NCBI GenBank assembly: GCA_028279345.1
Contig: JANQNY010000045.1
Coordinates: 3,569-67,568, forward strand
Direction: 5' to 3'
Source: Geminicoccaceae bacterium
Lineage (GTDB): Bacteria > Pseudomonadota > Alphaproteobacteria > Geminicoccales > Geminicoccaceae
Length of the DNA stretch: 64,000 bases
Every line of letters starts with the position of its first letter. Within the stretch, counting starts at the first letter, position 1. The notes under the pieces were generated by a model that searched no databases, was not told the origin of the DNA, and worked only from the letters and a program-made list of their open reading frames with translations. Below, piece by piece: positions 44,233-53,700 of this stretch. The translations under genes were made by a program, and so were the position numbers.

Positions 44233-45603
44233 TCAACGGTGGGGTGGCAAGAGGCCAGGCGGCAACTGGCCACCCGGCAGGGCCGGCATGGCGCCGCGTC
44301 GGCCCATCTTCTTCATGCGCTTCATCATCGTCTGCATCTCCTGATACTGTTTCAGGAGCCGGTTCACGTCCTGGACGCTGGTGCCGGAGCCGGTGGCGAT
44401 GCGTCGCTTGCGCGAGGCGCCGAGCAGGCGCGTGTCGCGGCGCTCGGCCGGGGTCATGGAATCGATAATGGCGGTCTGGCGAACGAGGATGCGCTCATCG
44501 ACATTGGCCTCGGCGAGCTGCTTCTTCACCTTCCCCACGCCGGGCAGCATCCCCATCAGGCCGCCCATGCCGCCCATCTTCTTGATCTGCAGGATCTGCT
44601 TTCGATAGTCGTCGAGGGTGAACACCCCCTTCTGCATGCGTCGGGCGAGCTTCTCGGCCTCCGCCTCGTCGACCTCCTCCCGCGCCTTCTCGACCAGCGA
44701 GACGATGTCGCCCATGCCGAGGATGCGCGAAGCGACGCGTTCCGGATGAAAAGGCTCGAGCGCGTCGAGCTTCTCGCCCTGGCCCACCAGCTTGATCGGC
44801 TTGCCCGTGACATGGCGCATCGAGAGGGCGGCGCCACCTCGCGCATCGCCGTCCATGCGCGTCAGCACGATGCCGGTGATGTCGAGGCGCTCGTCGAATG
44901 CGTGCGCCGTCTTGACCGCATCCTGACCGGTCATAGCGTCCGCGACGAGCAGGGTCTCCTGCGGGGCAGCGGCCGCTTTCACCGCCGCCACCTCGGCCAT
45001 CAGCTCTTCGTCGATTGCGACCCGGCCGGCAGTATCCAGGATGACGACATCATAGCCCTCGTTGCGGGCGGCCTGGAGCGCGCGCTCGGTGATCGCCAGC
45101 GGTGCCTGGCCCGGGACGATCGGCAGGCCATCCGCGCCCACCTGACCGGCGAGCACGGCGAGCTGCTCCTGTGCCGCCGGGCGACGCGTGTCCAACGACG
45201 TAAGGAGGACGCGGCGGCGGTCCTGCTTGACGAAGCGCCGCGCCAACTTGCCGGCGGTGGTGGTCTTGCCCGAGCCCTGCAGGCCCGCGAGTAGCACCAC
45301 CAGTGGTGGGTTCGTCGGCTTGACGAGCTCGACGCCCTCACCACCGAGCAGCTCGACTAGGCCGTCATGGACGATCTTGACCACCATCTGGCCTGGCGTG
45401 ACCGACTTGATCACCTCCTGGCCGACGGCGCGTTCCTTCACCGACGCGACGAACTCCTTCACTACCGGCAGCGCGACGTCGGCTTCCAGCAACGCGATGC
45501 GCACGTCGCGCATGGCGGCCTCGACGTCGGCCTCCGCGAGCGCACCGCGTCGCTTCAGGCGGTCGAAGACATCGGCGAGCCGGTTCGAGAGGTTGTCGAA
45601 CAT
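44233..45603 (-). CDS. ffh: signal recognition particle protein Ffh
   Basis: N and G domains (GLQGSGKTTT, DTAGR) and a Met-rich M domain (KKMGGMGGLMGMLPG). Confidence 0.97.
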   Translation of the reverse strand: MFDNLSNRLADVFDRLKRRGALAEADVEAAMRDVRIALLEADVALPVVKEFVASVKERAVGQEVIKSVTPGQMVVKIVHDGLVELLGGEGVELVKPTNPPLVVLLAGLQGSGKTTTAGKLARRFVKQDRRRVLLTSLDTRRPAAQEQLAVLAGQVGADGLPIVPGQAPLAITERALQAARNEGYDVVILDTAGRVAIDEELMAEVAAVKAAAAPQETLLVADAMTGQDAVKTAHAFDERLDITGIVLTRMDGDARGGAALSMRHVTGKPIKLVGQGEKLDALEPFHPERVASRILGMGDIVSLVEKAREEVDEAEAEKLARRMQKGVFTLDDYRKQILQIKKMGGMGGLMGMLPGVGKVKKQLAEANVDERILVRQTAIIDSMTPAERRDTRLLGASRKRRIATGSGTSVQDVNRLLKQYQEMQTMMKRMKKMGRRGAMPALPGGQLPPGLLPPHR

Positions 45604-45734
45604 GGTACGTGGCCCCGGCGGGACCCATCGCTCCGGAAGACATGGTTGTCGGCAGAAAAACGGACGCGTTTTCTAGGCGCGGGCGGTCCTTTGCGTCAAG
45701 CGCGCGTGGCCCCATGTAACGGTGCGGAGAGCAG

Positions 45735-47198
45735 GTGAGCGCGATGACCTTCGCCTTCGACAATACCTATGCCCGGCTGCCCGAGCGCTTCTTCGCGCGG
45801 TTGCCGCCAACGCCGGTGGCCCAGCCGGCGCTCGTCAAGCTGAACGAGCCGCTGGCCCGAGCGCTCGGGCTCGACCCGGCACTTCTGGCGTCCCCCGATG
45901 GCGTCGGCATGCTCGCCGGCAACGCGGTGCCGGACGGTGCCGAGCCGATCGCCATGGCCTATGCCGGCCACCAGTTCGGCTCGTTCGTGCCGCAGCTCGG
46001 CGACGGCCGGGCGCTCCTCCTGGGCGAGATCGTCGGTGTCGACGGCGAGCGTTTCGATTTGCAGCTGAAGGGCTCGGGCCGGACGCCTTTCTCGCGCATG
46101 GGCGACGGCCGGGCTTGGCTGGGCCCGGTGCTGCGCGAGTATCTTATCAGCGAGGCGATGCACGCGCTGGGCGTTCCGACGACCCGAGCGCTGGCCGCCG
46201 TCACGACGGGCGAGCCGGTTCATCGCGAGATCGTCCTGCCCGGCGCGGTTCTCACACGCGTTGCCCGTAGCCATGTGCGTGTCGGCACGTTCCAGTACTT
46301 CGCCGTCCGCGAGGATGTCGACGCGCTCCGCCGGCTGGCGGACTACGTCATCGCCCGATCCTACCCGGAGGTGGCCGAAGCCGACCGGCCGTACCGAGCG
46401 CTGCTCGACGAGGTGATCGCCCGGCAGGCGGCGCTCGTGGCGCAGTGGCTCTGCGTGGGCTTCATCCACGGCGTCATGAACACCGACAACACCTCGGTGG
46501 TCGGCGAGACCATCGACTACGGCCCCTGTGCCTTCATGGACGCCTATGATCCTTCCACCGTCTTCAGCTCCATCGACCAGACCGGCCGCTATGCGTACGC
46601 GAACCAGCCGCGGATCGCGCAGTGGAACCTCGCGCGCCTCGCACAGGCGCTGTTGCCGTTGTTGGACGAGGACGAGACCCGCGCTGTCGAGCAGGGGCAG
46701 GCGGCGATCGACGCCTTTCCGGCACTGTTCGACCGCGCCTATCTCGACGGGTTGCGCAAGAAGCTGGGCCTCCTCGAGCCGCAGGACGACGATGCCGAGT
46801 GCCTTACCGAACTCCTCAAATCGATGGCCGAGGCTGAAGCCGACTTCACCAACACCTTCCGCGCCCTCGTCGCCGTCGCCGAGGGAGACGAGGGGCCCGC
46901 GCAAGCGGCGTTCGCGGGTTTCGACGCGTGGGCACCCCGATGGCGTGAACGGATGGCGCGGGAACCGGCTGCTCGAGACGCGCGGCTCCGCGCGATGCGC
47001 GCCGCGAATCCCGTGATCATCCCGCGCAACCATCAGGTGGAAGCCGCATTGACCGCTGCGGTGGCAGGCGATCTGGGGCCGTTCGAGCGGTTGCTTGCCG
47101 TGTTGGCGCGACCCTACGACGACGATCCCGCCAACACTGCCTACCGGCGGCCCCCAGCCGCACATGAGGAGGTGCGCCACACCTTCTGCGGCACGTGA
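45735..47198 (+). CDS. selO: protein adenylyltransferase SelO (YdiU/UPF0061)
   Basis: [28 protein letters not shown] and HGVMNTDN motifs. Confidence 0.92.
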   Translation: MSAMTFAFDNTYARLPERFFARLPPTPVAQPALVKLNEPLARALGLDPALLASPDGVGMLAGNAVPDGAEPIAMAYAGHQFGSFVPQLGDGRALLLGEIVGVDGERFDLQLKGSGRTPFSRMGDGRAWLGPVLREYLISEAMHALGVPTTRALAAVTTGEPVHREIVLPGAVLTRVARSHVRVGTFQYFAVREDVDALRRLADYVIARSYPEVAEADRPYRALLDEVIARQAALVAQWLCVGFIHGVMNTDNTSVVGETIDYGPCAFMDAYDPSTVFSSIDQTGRYAYANQPRIAQWNLARLAQALLPLLDEDETRAVEQGQAAIDAFPALFDRAYLDGLRKKLGLLEPQDDDAECLTELLKSMAEAEADFTNTFRALVAVAEGDEGPAQAAFAGFDAWAPRWRERMAREPAARDARLRAMRAANPVIIPRNHQVEAALTAAVAGDLGPFERLLAVLARPYDDDPANTAYRRPPAAHEEVRHTFCGT

Positions 47199-47368
47199 GG
47201 CTTTGGTTGCGTTGTTGCGCCGCAGCCTTTTGTAGGTGATAACACCCGCGTCAGTCTCGCTCCGATCCGTTTCCGTCCGTCTGCCAAGACCTCGGGGGCA
47301 CGCGACGAGGGTTGGCGCGGCCGCGCGGCAGAAGGGCCGCCGGCGACGGTTAAGAAAGGACGACGGTC

Positions 47369-47578
47369 ATGCCGACCGGGACGGTAAAGTGGTTCAACGC
47401 CACGAAGGGTTATGGGTTTATTCAGCCCGACGAGGGTGGCAACGACGTGTTCGTGCACATCTCGGCGGTGGAGCGCGCCGGCCTTGGGACGCTCCGCGAC
47501 GGCCAGAAGGTCGAGTTCGAGGTGCGCCGCGATCCGAAGCGCGGCAAGTCTTCGGCGGAAGAACTCAAGGCGGTCTGA
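47369..47578 (+). CDS. cspA: cold-shock protein (CspA family)
   Basis: [30 protein letters not shown] with RNP1/RNP2 motifs. A long 5' UTR-like gap lies upstream. Confidence 0.96.
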   Translation: MPTGTVKWFNATKGYGFIQPDEGGNDVFVHISAVERAGLGTLRDGQKVEFEVRRDPKRGKSSAEELKAV

Positions 47579-47670
47579 TCGGCGCGAGCGCCGGCCAGCC
47601 TTTTCCCAAGTATTCGGTCGGTTGCCGGCGGTTGCCGGCCGGATACGCTGTCGAAGCTGGCAGCTAGCTG

Positions 47671-48102
47671 CTAGGCAGCCTCGGCTCGCTCGCTTTCCTC
47701 AACCAGGCGACTGCCATGGGCAGCGGCGATGGCATCGGCGATCGCCGCGCGCCCGTGCGGGGTAAACCAGCCCCGCCGCTTGAAGACATCCGCCACGCGA
47801 TCGACGAGCGTTTCTGCGCAGAGCGCTTCGCCCATGGCGAGCACTGCGCCGCTCGTCTCGTCGGTGACCTGCCAAGGGCCGAGCCCAGCCGGAGGCGTTT
47901 CGAGTGCCACGCTGAGATAGGGGCAGGCGAAGCGTAAGGCCAAGCCGCCGTGCTCGCGTTCGGCCGCGCGCCAGTTGTCACGCAAGCAGATGCCGGCATC
48001 GTAGGGACATCGCCCACAAACGCGCGCGGGTGCGGTGGCCTGTTGCATCATGCAAGACGTCTCCGGGACGAACGACATGGATTCTGCGGCAGAATGTCGC
48101 AC
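47671..48102 (-). CDS. Cys-rich hypothetical protein, paralog B
   Basis: It shares C-x-RCP-[FY]-D-x3-C-x2-DNWR ... F-x-CP ... AGLGPW-x-[IV]-TD ... RRG-[YW]-F with the neighbour at 48161-48568. The start is uncertain (Met codons 1, 9 and 18). Confidence 0.6.
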   Translation of the reverse strand: MRHSAAESMSFVPETSCMMQQATAPARVCGRCPYDAGICLRDNWRAAEREHGGLALRFACPYLSVALETPPAGLGPWQVTDETSGAVLAMGEALCAETLVDRVADVFKRRGWFTPHGRAAIADAIAAAHGSRLVEESERAEAA

Positions 48103-48160
48103 ATCATAACGGCGCGTCGATGCGGACCAAGGTCGGACCTCCGATCCACATCTGGGTCGT

Positions 48161-48568
48161 TCACGCGTTGGCTAGCGCGCGGCGAACGCGCGGCAAGACC
48201 GGGTCCACCGGGACGCCGGAACGGTAGGCCGCCGCCATGGCGTCGACGATCTCGGCTTCACGCACGCCATGGAAGTAGCCGCGCCGCCGGAAGGTCTCGG
48301 CGGCGCTCCGGAAGGCGTCCAGCGGCGGGGCCAGATGCCCGTCGGCGATCGCCACGTTGCCGCGCCCCGCGCCGAGGTCGGTGATCGTCCAGGGTCCCAG
48401 GCCGGCATAGGTCGCCTCGAAGCGCAGCTCGATGAGCGGGCAGCGGAAGTTGAGCTCCACGCGGCCGCTTCCGGCCGGCGTACCCCGCCAGTTGTCGGCG
48501 ACACACAAACGCAGGTCGAAGGGGCAGCGCTCGCAGATGGAACAGGACGACCGGCTGCGGTCGGCCAT
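48161..48568 (-). CDS. Cys-rich hypothetical protein, paralog A
   Basis: See paralog B. SSCSICERCPFDLRLCVADNWRG..., with GAGG about 9 nt upstream of the ATG. Confidence 0.65.
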   Translation of the reverse strand: MADRSRSSCSICERCPFDLRLCVADNWRGTPAGSGRVELNFRCPLIELRFEATYAGLGPWTITDLGAGRGNVAIADGHLAPPLDAFRSAAETFRRRGYFHGVREAEIVDAMAAAYRSGVPVDPVLPRVRRALANA

Positions 48569-49162
48569 GGCAAAGCCTCAGGCTTGCCGCACGGCGCACG
48601 GCTTCATGCTGCGGCACCCTGTCGCATTTGAGCTATTCCGTCGAGAGCCACCAAGGAACTACACGAAAGGTGTTGTCGGTGTATTCAGGGTAGCGCGTCG
48701 GCCGACGGAGGACTGCGGCACGGCACGCTTTCTGCCGATCGCGATGTGGACTCGATCGGTGCTGTCTTCACCGACGCCGACGAGGCAAGCAAGCACGACC
48801 ACCAGGGAAGGGTTGCGCCGCGCCGGAAGGAAAGATCAGCCTGGAGTTCATCGCCGCGGAACTCGACCGCATCATGGGCAAGCAAGGGGCTTCGCTGAAC
48901 GACGTGGCGGTGTTGTTGGCGATGACGGAGCCGCTGGAAGGGACCGTGCAGGGCATAGTCGACAAGGTTTGCGCCAGAGAGAAGGGCCGCGCTTGTTGGA
49001 TAAGTCTTGAAGAATATTCAGTATTAATTGATTTCTCCTGAAAATTTTTTGAATAATGCAACATTAAAATTAAACAAAATGTCTACCTATCTGTTTGAGA
49101 ATGGGCAAAATACCTTTTATTATGTTTTGCGAAGCTGCATTTATCTTGAATGCTTATCCTTC

Positions 49163-49855
49163 TTAATCAAATATTTCATCCATTATTTCGAACATGTCAA
49201 GCTGGTCAGCATCTTCATCCTCACGCTTTAACCAGCGAAGGACGTCAAAAGCCCGTGTTTTATCAGAAGAGGGGTGAAATTTCATTGCTTTCATTTTCAT
49301 GTCCTTCATATGAATCATTTCATGCAGTATAAAGAAGTTTCGGGAAAAAAGCTTTGCTTCGTCAGGATCTTTTATCCTGCTGGTAATTGCTTCTCGCTCA
49401 CGCATTCGTAGAAAAAAGAGAAATGCAGGCTCAATGATAAATAACTCGTTCTTTTGCGGCAGCCATTCAAGTATTTGAATTTTTCGCCTCTTTTGAAAGT
49501 CTTTCAGCGCACCAAGCATAGCATTAATGGAAGGCTTGGGAGGAACGCGCGCGGGATGAAGGTTCAGCTTCTCAATTCGTGCATCTATTTCAGCGCGGCT
49601 TAGAGAGAATTTTAGAGGATCAACTTGAAAGCATGATAAGACAACATCATACGTGGGATATCTGCGAGCCGTTTTTCGCGCGCCCTCGGTCAATATTTGA
49701 TGAATGTCGCGCATCTGCGAGTAATGCGCAGATGCCACATTGAAAAGTGCATTTATGCAATCATCCCGACCAAACGTAATGTTTTTCTGCTTAGCCTGTC
49801 GTATCGTCAGCGAATTCTTGTCAATCAGGAGCTGCTGACCAAATTTGCTGCGCAA
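49163..49855 (-). CDS. hypothetical protein with a C-terminal HExxH motif; possibly the C-terminal half of a frameshifted ATPase gene
   Basis: It starts at a TTG preceded by an in-frame TAA. The helical middle is wHTH-like (PSINAMLGALKDFQKRRKIQILEWL). LHEMIH lies at 49310-49324 and the tail is acidic. Confidence 0.55.
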   Translation of the reverse strand: MRSKFGQQLLIDKNSLTIRQAKQKNITFGRDDCINALFNVASAHYSQMRDIHQILTEGARKTARRYPTYDVVLSCFQVDPLKFSLSRAEIDARIEKLNLHPARVPPKPSINAMLGALKDFQKRRKIQILEWLPQKNELFIIEPAFLFFLRMREREAITSRIKDPDEAKLFSRNFFILHEMIHMKDMKMKAMKFHPSSDKTRAFDVLRWLKREDEDADQLDMFEIMDEIFD

Positions 49856-50750
49856 TTATTGGCAAGCCTACGCACTCACGGGCTAGCGTTTGAATAAGCT
49901 CGGTGCTTAAATGGGCGTTTATGAATTGGAAACCTCGGAAAAAAATCTGCGAAACGTCTTCATTTGACCAGTTGCCAGCTTCAAGGTGAGTCGTGCGGCC
50001 AACGAGATCTTTATTTGAATTTGCGATGTCTATGATATGGTGGGTAGTACCGATCACAATGACAGAAATTCCCTCATCGCAGAAGATTTTCCACTGCTGA
50101 AATATGGTTTTTTGTGTTTCTTCATTTAGATAATGAAAATCCTCCAAAACGAGTATTCGCTGACTCTGCTTAAGCAGGGGCACCAAGTGTGATGGGGAAG
50201 GGTCGGCCAATACGGTTTCTCGTATCTGTGTCGCTGCATGTTGGAGGCCGCCTTCGAGTCGCCCCCGGCCCAAAACACGCGCTAAGAGGTTCCATCCAAT
50301 CTCGTACTCGCCCTCCACGGCCAAACGCGCGTCACTTGTGTCTGTACTGCTATCGTTCGTGATCCGCACGGCGCCAGCCTCTTCGAGGGCGCTGCGCCAA
50401 ATTGCATCAGACGATCTTGTATGATCTGAACGAACAATTATTGGTGCCAATTTGGCTTCGTTGAGAACGTTTCTAAAAAGAGAACTCTTTCCGGTCTTGG
50501 ATGGCCCAGTAATAAGAACAATTTGTCCTTTATTGTCTAAACTTGTGCGCAGTCGTTTTTCGAAAAGGCCATTGTTTCGTCGGACGTACGTGATAGTGGG
50601 GGTTCCGTTTGTTTTGAAGAGTTGCGTTATTTCTTTTGGTGCAATATTTTTCATAGATTGTATCCGATAGATCTTCTGCGTGAAGGAATGGAAGCAAGGC
50701 GCTTGAAACGGATCCGCGAGTTTTTGGCACCTTGCACGTAAGTTTGGCAT
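49821..50750 (-). CDS. P-loop AAA+/STAND-like ATPase (ORC/Cdc6- or Arch_ATPase-like)
   Basis: Walker A GPSKTGKS (50484-50507), Walker B ILVLEDFH, and VIVIGTTHH sensor-like and GLPIIAQQ lid-like segments. An alternative start is the ATG at 50654 (MKNIAPKE...). Confidence 0.7.
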   Translation of the reverse strand: MPNLRARCQKLADPFQAPCFHSFTQKIYRIQSMKNIAPKEITQLFKTNGTPTITYVRRNNGLFEKRLRTSLDNKGQIVLITGPSKTGKSSLFRNVLNEAKLAPIIVRSDHTRSSDAIWRSALEEAGAVRITNDSSTDTSDARLAVEGEYEIGWNLLARVLGRGRLEGGLQHAATQIRETVLADPSPSHLVPLLKQSQRILVLEDFHYLNEETQKTIFQQWKIFCDEGISVIVIGTTHHIIDIANSNKDLVGRTTHLEAGNWSNEDVSQIFFRGFQFINAHLSTELIQTLARECVGLPIIAQQIWSAAPD

Positions 50751-50755
50751 GCATG

Positions 50756-53700
50756 TTATCGGAAATTCCGCCCCTTGGGCATCGCTTCTTGGGCGCGCTG
50801 GGGTTTCTCGGCGAGGCGTCGGTCGCTGCGTGCGTCTGGCGAGGGCTTCTTGACGGCATCGGCCCGTGCTGCGGCTCGTTCGAAGGTGCGGACGAGCCGT
50901 GGATCGGCGGCGGTCTTGCCGCGGTGGCCCTTGCCCGCGCGCTGGTCGGTAGCGGGGCGTTTGACTTCATCCGATGGAGGTATCGCCTTGTCGACGGCCT
51001 CGTAGGCGGCGTCGGGGTCGTCCGTGAGGAGCGCGAGCTTGTCGGTGAGGTCGATGAGCCGGCGCGCGACCAGGTGGATGACCTGGCCCGTGCGCTGCAC
51101 CTGGCCCTCACAGGCGAGCAGGCGGGCGGCCATGACGATGGGGCGGTAGCGATCGAGGAGCTTGGGCCAGACGACGAGGTTCACGATCCCGGTCTCGTCC
51201 TCGAGGGTCGAGAAGACGACGCCCTTGGCAGAGCCCGGTCGCTGGCGGATGAGCACGAGCCCTGCCGTACGGAAAGGCGCGCAGTCTTCCGCCTCTTGGA
51301 TGGCGCCGCAGGTCCGCCAGCCCTCTTGGGCAAGGAGCGGGCGCAGCACCTCGCACGGGTGCGCCTTCAAGGAGAGCCTGAGCCAGGTGTAGTCCTCGAC
51401 CACCGCCTCGCCCAAGGGCATCGGCGGCAGCTCGACATGCGGCTCGGGGTGCAATGGCGGCCGATTGGAGCCTGCGGGTGCCGCGAGTTCCGCTTGGTCG
51501 AAGAGCGGCAGCGGCTGGTCCTTTAAAGCCCTAACCGCCCATAGAGCCTGCCTGCGGACGAGATTGAGCGAGCCCATGGCGTCGGCTTCGGCGAGGCGTT
51601 CGAGCGTCGCTAGATCGAGTGTCGCACGCCGCTGTAGATCCTGGACATCGGCGAAGTCGCCGGTCGTCTCGCGCGCCTTGATGAGGCGCTCAATGGCGTC
51701 CTGGCGCAGGCCCTTGACCTGACGAAAGCCCAAGCGGAGCGCGTGGCGAGGGCCGGCGACGTGCACCGGACGCGGCTCGAGGCTGTTGTCCCAGAAGGAC
51801 CAGTTGACGTCGACCGGGCGCACCTCGACGGCGTGGTTCCGGGCGTCCCTGACGATCTGCGCGGGGCCGTAGAAGCCCATCGGCTGGGCGTTCAGGAGCG
51901 CTGCCGCGAAGACGTCCGGGTGGTGGCATTTGAGCCAGGCCGACACGTAGACGAGGTGCGCGAAGCTCGCCGCGTGGCTCTCCGGGAAGCCGTAATAGCC
52001 GAAGCCTTTGATCTGCTGAAAGCAGCGCTCTGCGAAGGCGGCGTCGTAGCCGCGCTCGACCATGCCGTCGACGAGCTTCTTGTGAAACTGCTCGAGCTTG
52101 CCGTTCTTGCGGAAGGACGCCATCGAGCGGCGTAGCTCGTCGGCTTCGGCGGGTGTGAAACCGGCAGCGACAATGGCGATCTTCATCGCCTGTTCTTGGA
52201 AGATCGGCACGCCCATGGTCTTGCCGAGCACCTGCTTCAGCGCGTCCGAGGGAAAGGTGACGGGCTCCTCGCCGTTGCGACGCCGGAGATAGGGGTGGAC
52301 CATGTCGCCCTGGATCGGGCCGGGCCGGACGATCGCTACCTCGATGACGAGGTCATAGAAGGTTTGTGGCCGGAGCCGCGGCAGCATCTGCATCTGCGCC
52401 CGGCTCTCGATCTGAAAGACGCCGATGGTGTCGGCATTGGAGATCATCGCATAGGTAAGCGGGTCGTCATCTGGAATCCAAAAAAGTGAAGGTGTTATAC
52501 GCTTATGCTCATGTAAAAGATCAAATGCGCGACGGATGCAGGTGAGCATGCCGAGCGCCAGCACGTCGATCTTGAGCATCTTGAGCGCGTCGAGGTCGTC
52601 CTTGTCCCATTCGACGACGGTGCGCTTGTCCATCGCCGCGTTCTCGATTGGCACCAGCTCGTCGAGGCGCGACTTGGCGATGACGAAACCGCCGACATGC
52701 TGCGAGAGGTGGCGCGGAAAGCCGATGAGCTGCTTGGCGAGCTCGATCGCCATGCGGATCGTCTCGTCCTGCATGTCGAGACCCGAGTCCCTCAGCTTCG
52801 CGGGATCGAGGCCTTCGGTGGACCAGCCCCAGACGGTCCGGGCGAGCGCGTCGACGGCATCGAGCGACAGCCCCAGCGTCTTACCTACCTCGCGGATCGC
52901 CGAGCGCGCGCGATAGCGGATGACGGTGGCGGCGAGCCCCGCATGCTCGCGGCCATAGGTCTCGTAGATGTGCTGGATCACCTCCTCGCGACGCTCGTGC
53001 TCGAAGTCGACGTCGATGTCGGGCGGCTCGTTCCTGGCGGTTGAGACGAAGCGCTCGAACAGAAGATCGAGGTGCGCCGGGTCGACGGCGGTGACGCCGA
53101 GGCAGTAGCAGACCGCCGAGTTCGCGGCTGAGCCGCGGCCCTGACAGAGGATCTCCTCGGAGCGGGCGAAGCGGACGACATCGTCGACGGTGAGGAAATA
53201 GGGTGCGTAGTCGAGCGAGCCGATGAGCTCGAGCTCGTGGCGAAGCTGTGCCTCGACCTGCTCGGAGAGCCCCTCGGGATAGCGCTCCGCAGCGCCCGCC
53301 CAGGTGCGGCGCTCGAGCTCCTGTTGCGGCGTCAGGCCGGCGTAACTCTCAGGCACCGGATAGTCGTAGGCGAGCTCGTCGAGGGAGAAGGTGCAGCGGG
53401 CAACGATATCGAGGCCGGCCTGGAGCGCGTCGGGATGGTCCTGGAACAGCCGAGCCATGTCCAAGGCACTCTTGAGATGGCGTTCGGCGTTGGGTTGGAG
53501 CCGGGAGCCGGCCTGATCGAGGGTGACGTGCTCGCGGATACAGGTGAGCACGTCCTGCAGCGGCCGGCGAAGGGCTGTGTGATAGAGAACGTCGCCCGTC
53601 GCCAGGAGCCGGCACTCGGTCTTGTTGGCGAGATCCTGGAGCCTCGCGAAGCGCGCGCGATCGCGCCCGTCGAAGCGGGGCGAGGCGGCCACATGCGCGC

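Larger units (their letters stand above)
48995..50755. other. AT-rich genomic islet (about 40-45% G+C versus ~65-70% flanks) with no recognisable mobility genes
   Basis: The composition drops abruptly at ~48995 and recovers at the dnaE2 stop (50756). Individual 60-nt lines fall to ~32% G+C. Confidence 0.85.

Noticed and set aside
45696-47180. 494-aa minus-strand ORF opposite selO.
   Set aside because: It is antisense to a gene with clear SelO motifs, and its composition is artefactual.
47579-47670. Possible terminator hairpin after cspA (CGGCGC-GA-GCGCCG followed by ..CCTTTTCCC).
   Set aside because: The stem is only 6 bp with a 2-nt loop and a weak T-tract. That is not convincing enough to annotate.
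48432-49010. 192-aa plus-strand ORF across the Cys-rich gene start and the islet junction.
   Set aside because: It overlaps the 5' end of the better-supported minus-strand paralog A. Its Arg/Gly-rich translation has poor third-position bias. Only a different frame (48835-48995) looks coding, and that is reported separately.
49028-49231. 67-aa plus-strand ORF in the AT-rich islet (MISPENFLNNATLKL...).
   Set aside because: It overlaps the 3' end of the minus-strand ORF-B and has no RBS. Its Phe/Ile/Leu/Tyr-rich composition is what AT-rich DNA yields by chance.
49310-49324. Calling ORF-B a zinc metallopeptidase (ImmA/IrrE-like) on the strength of LHEMIH.
   Set aside because: HExxH occurs by chance fairly often, and I cannot identify a third metal ligand or surrounding family motifs by eye. 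I kept it only as a motif to test, not as an annotation.
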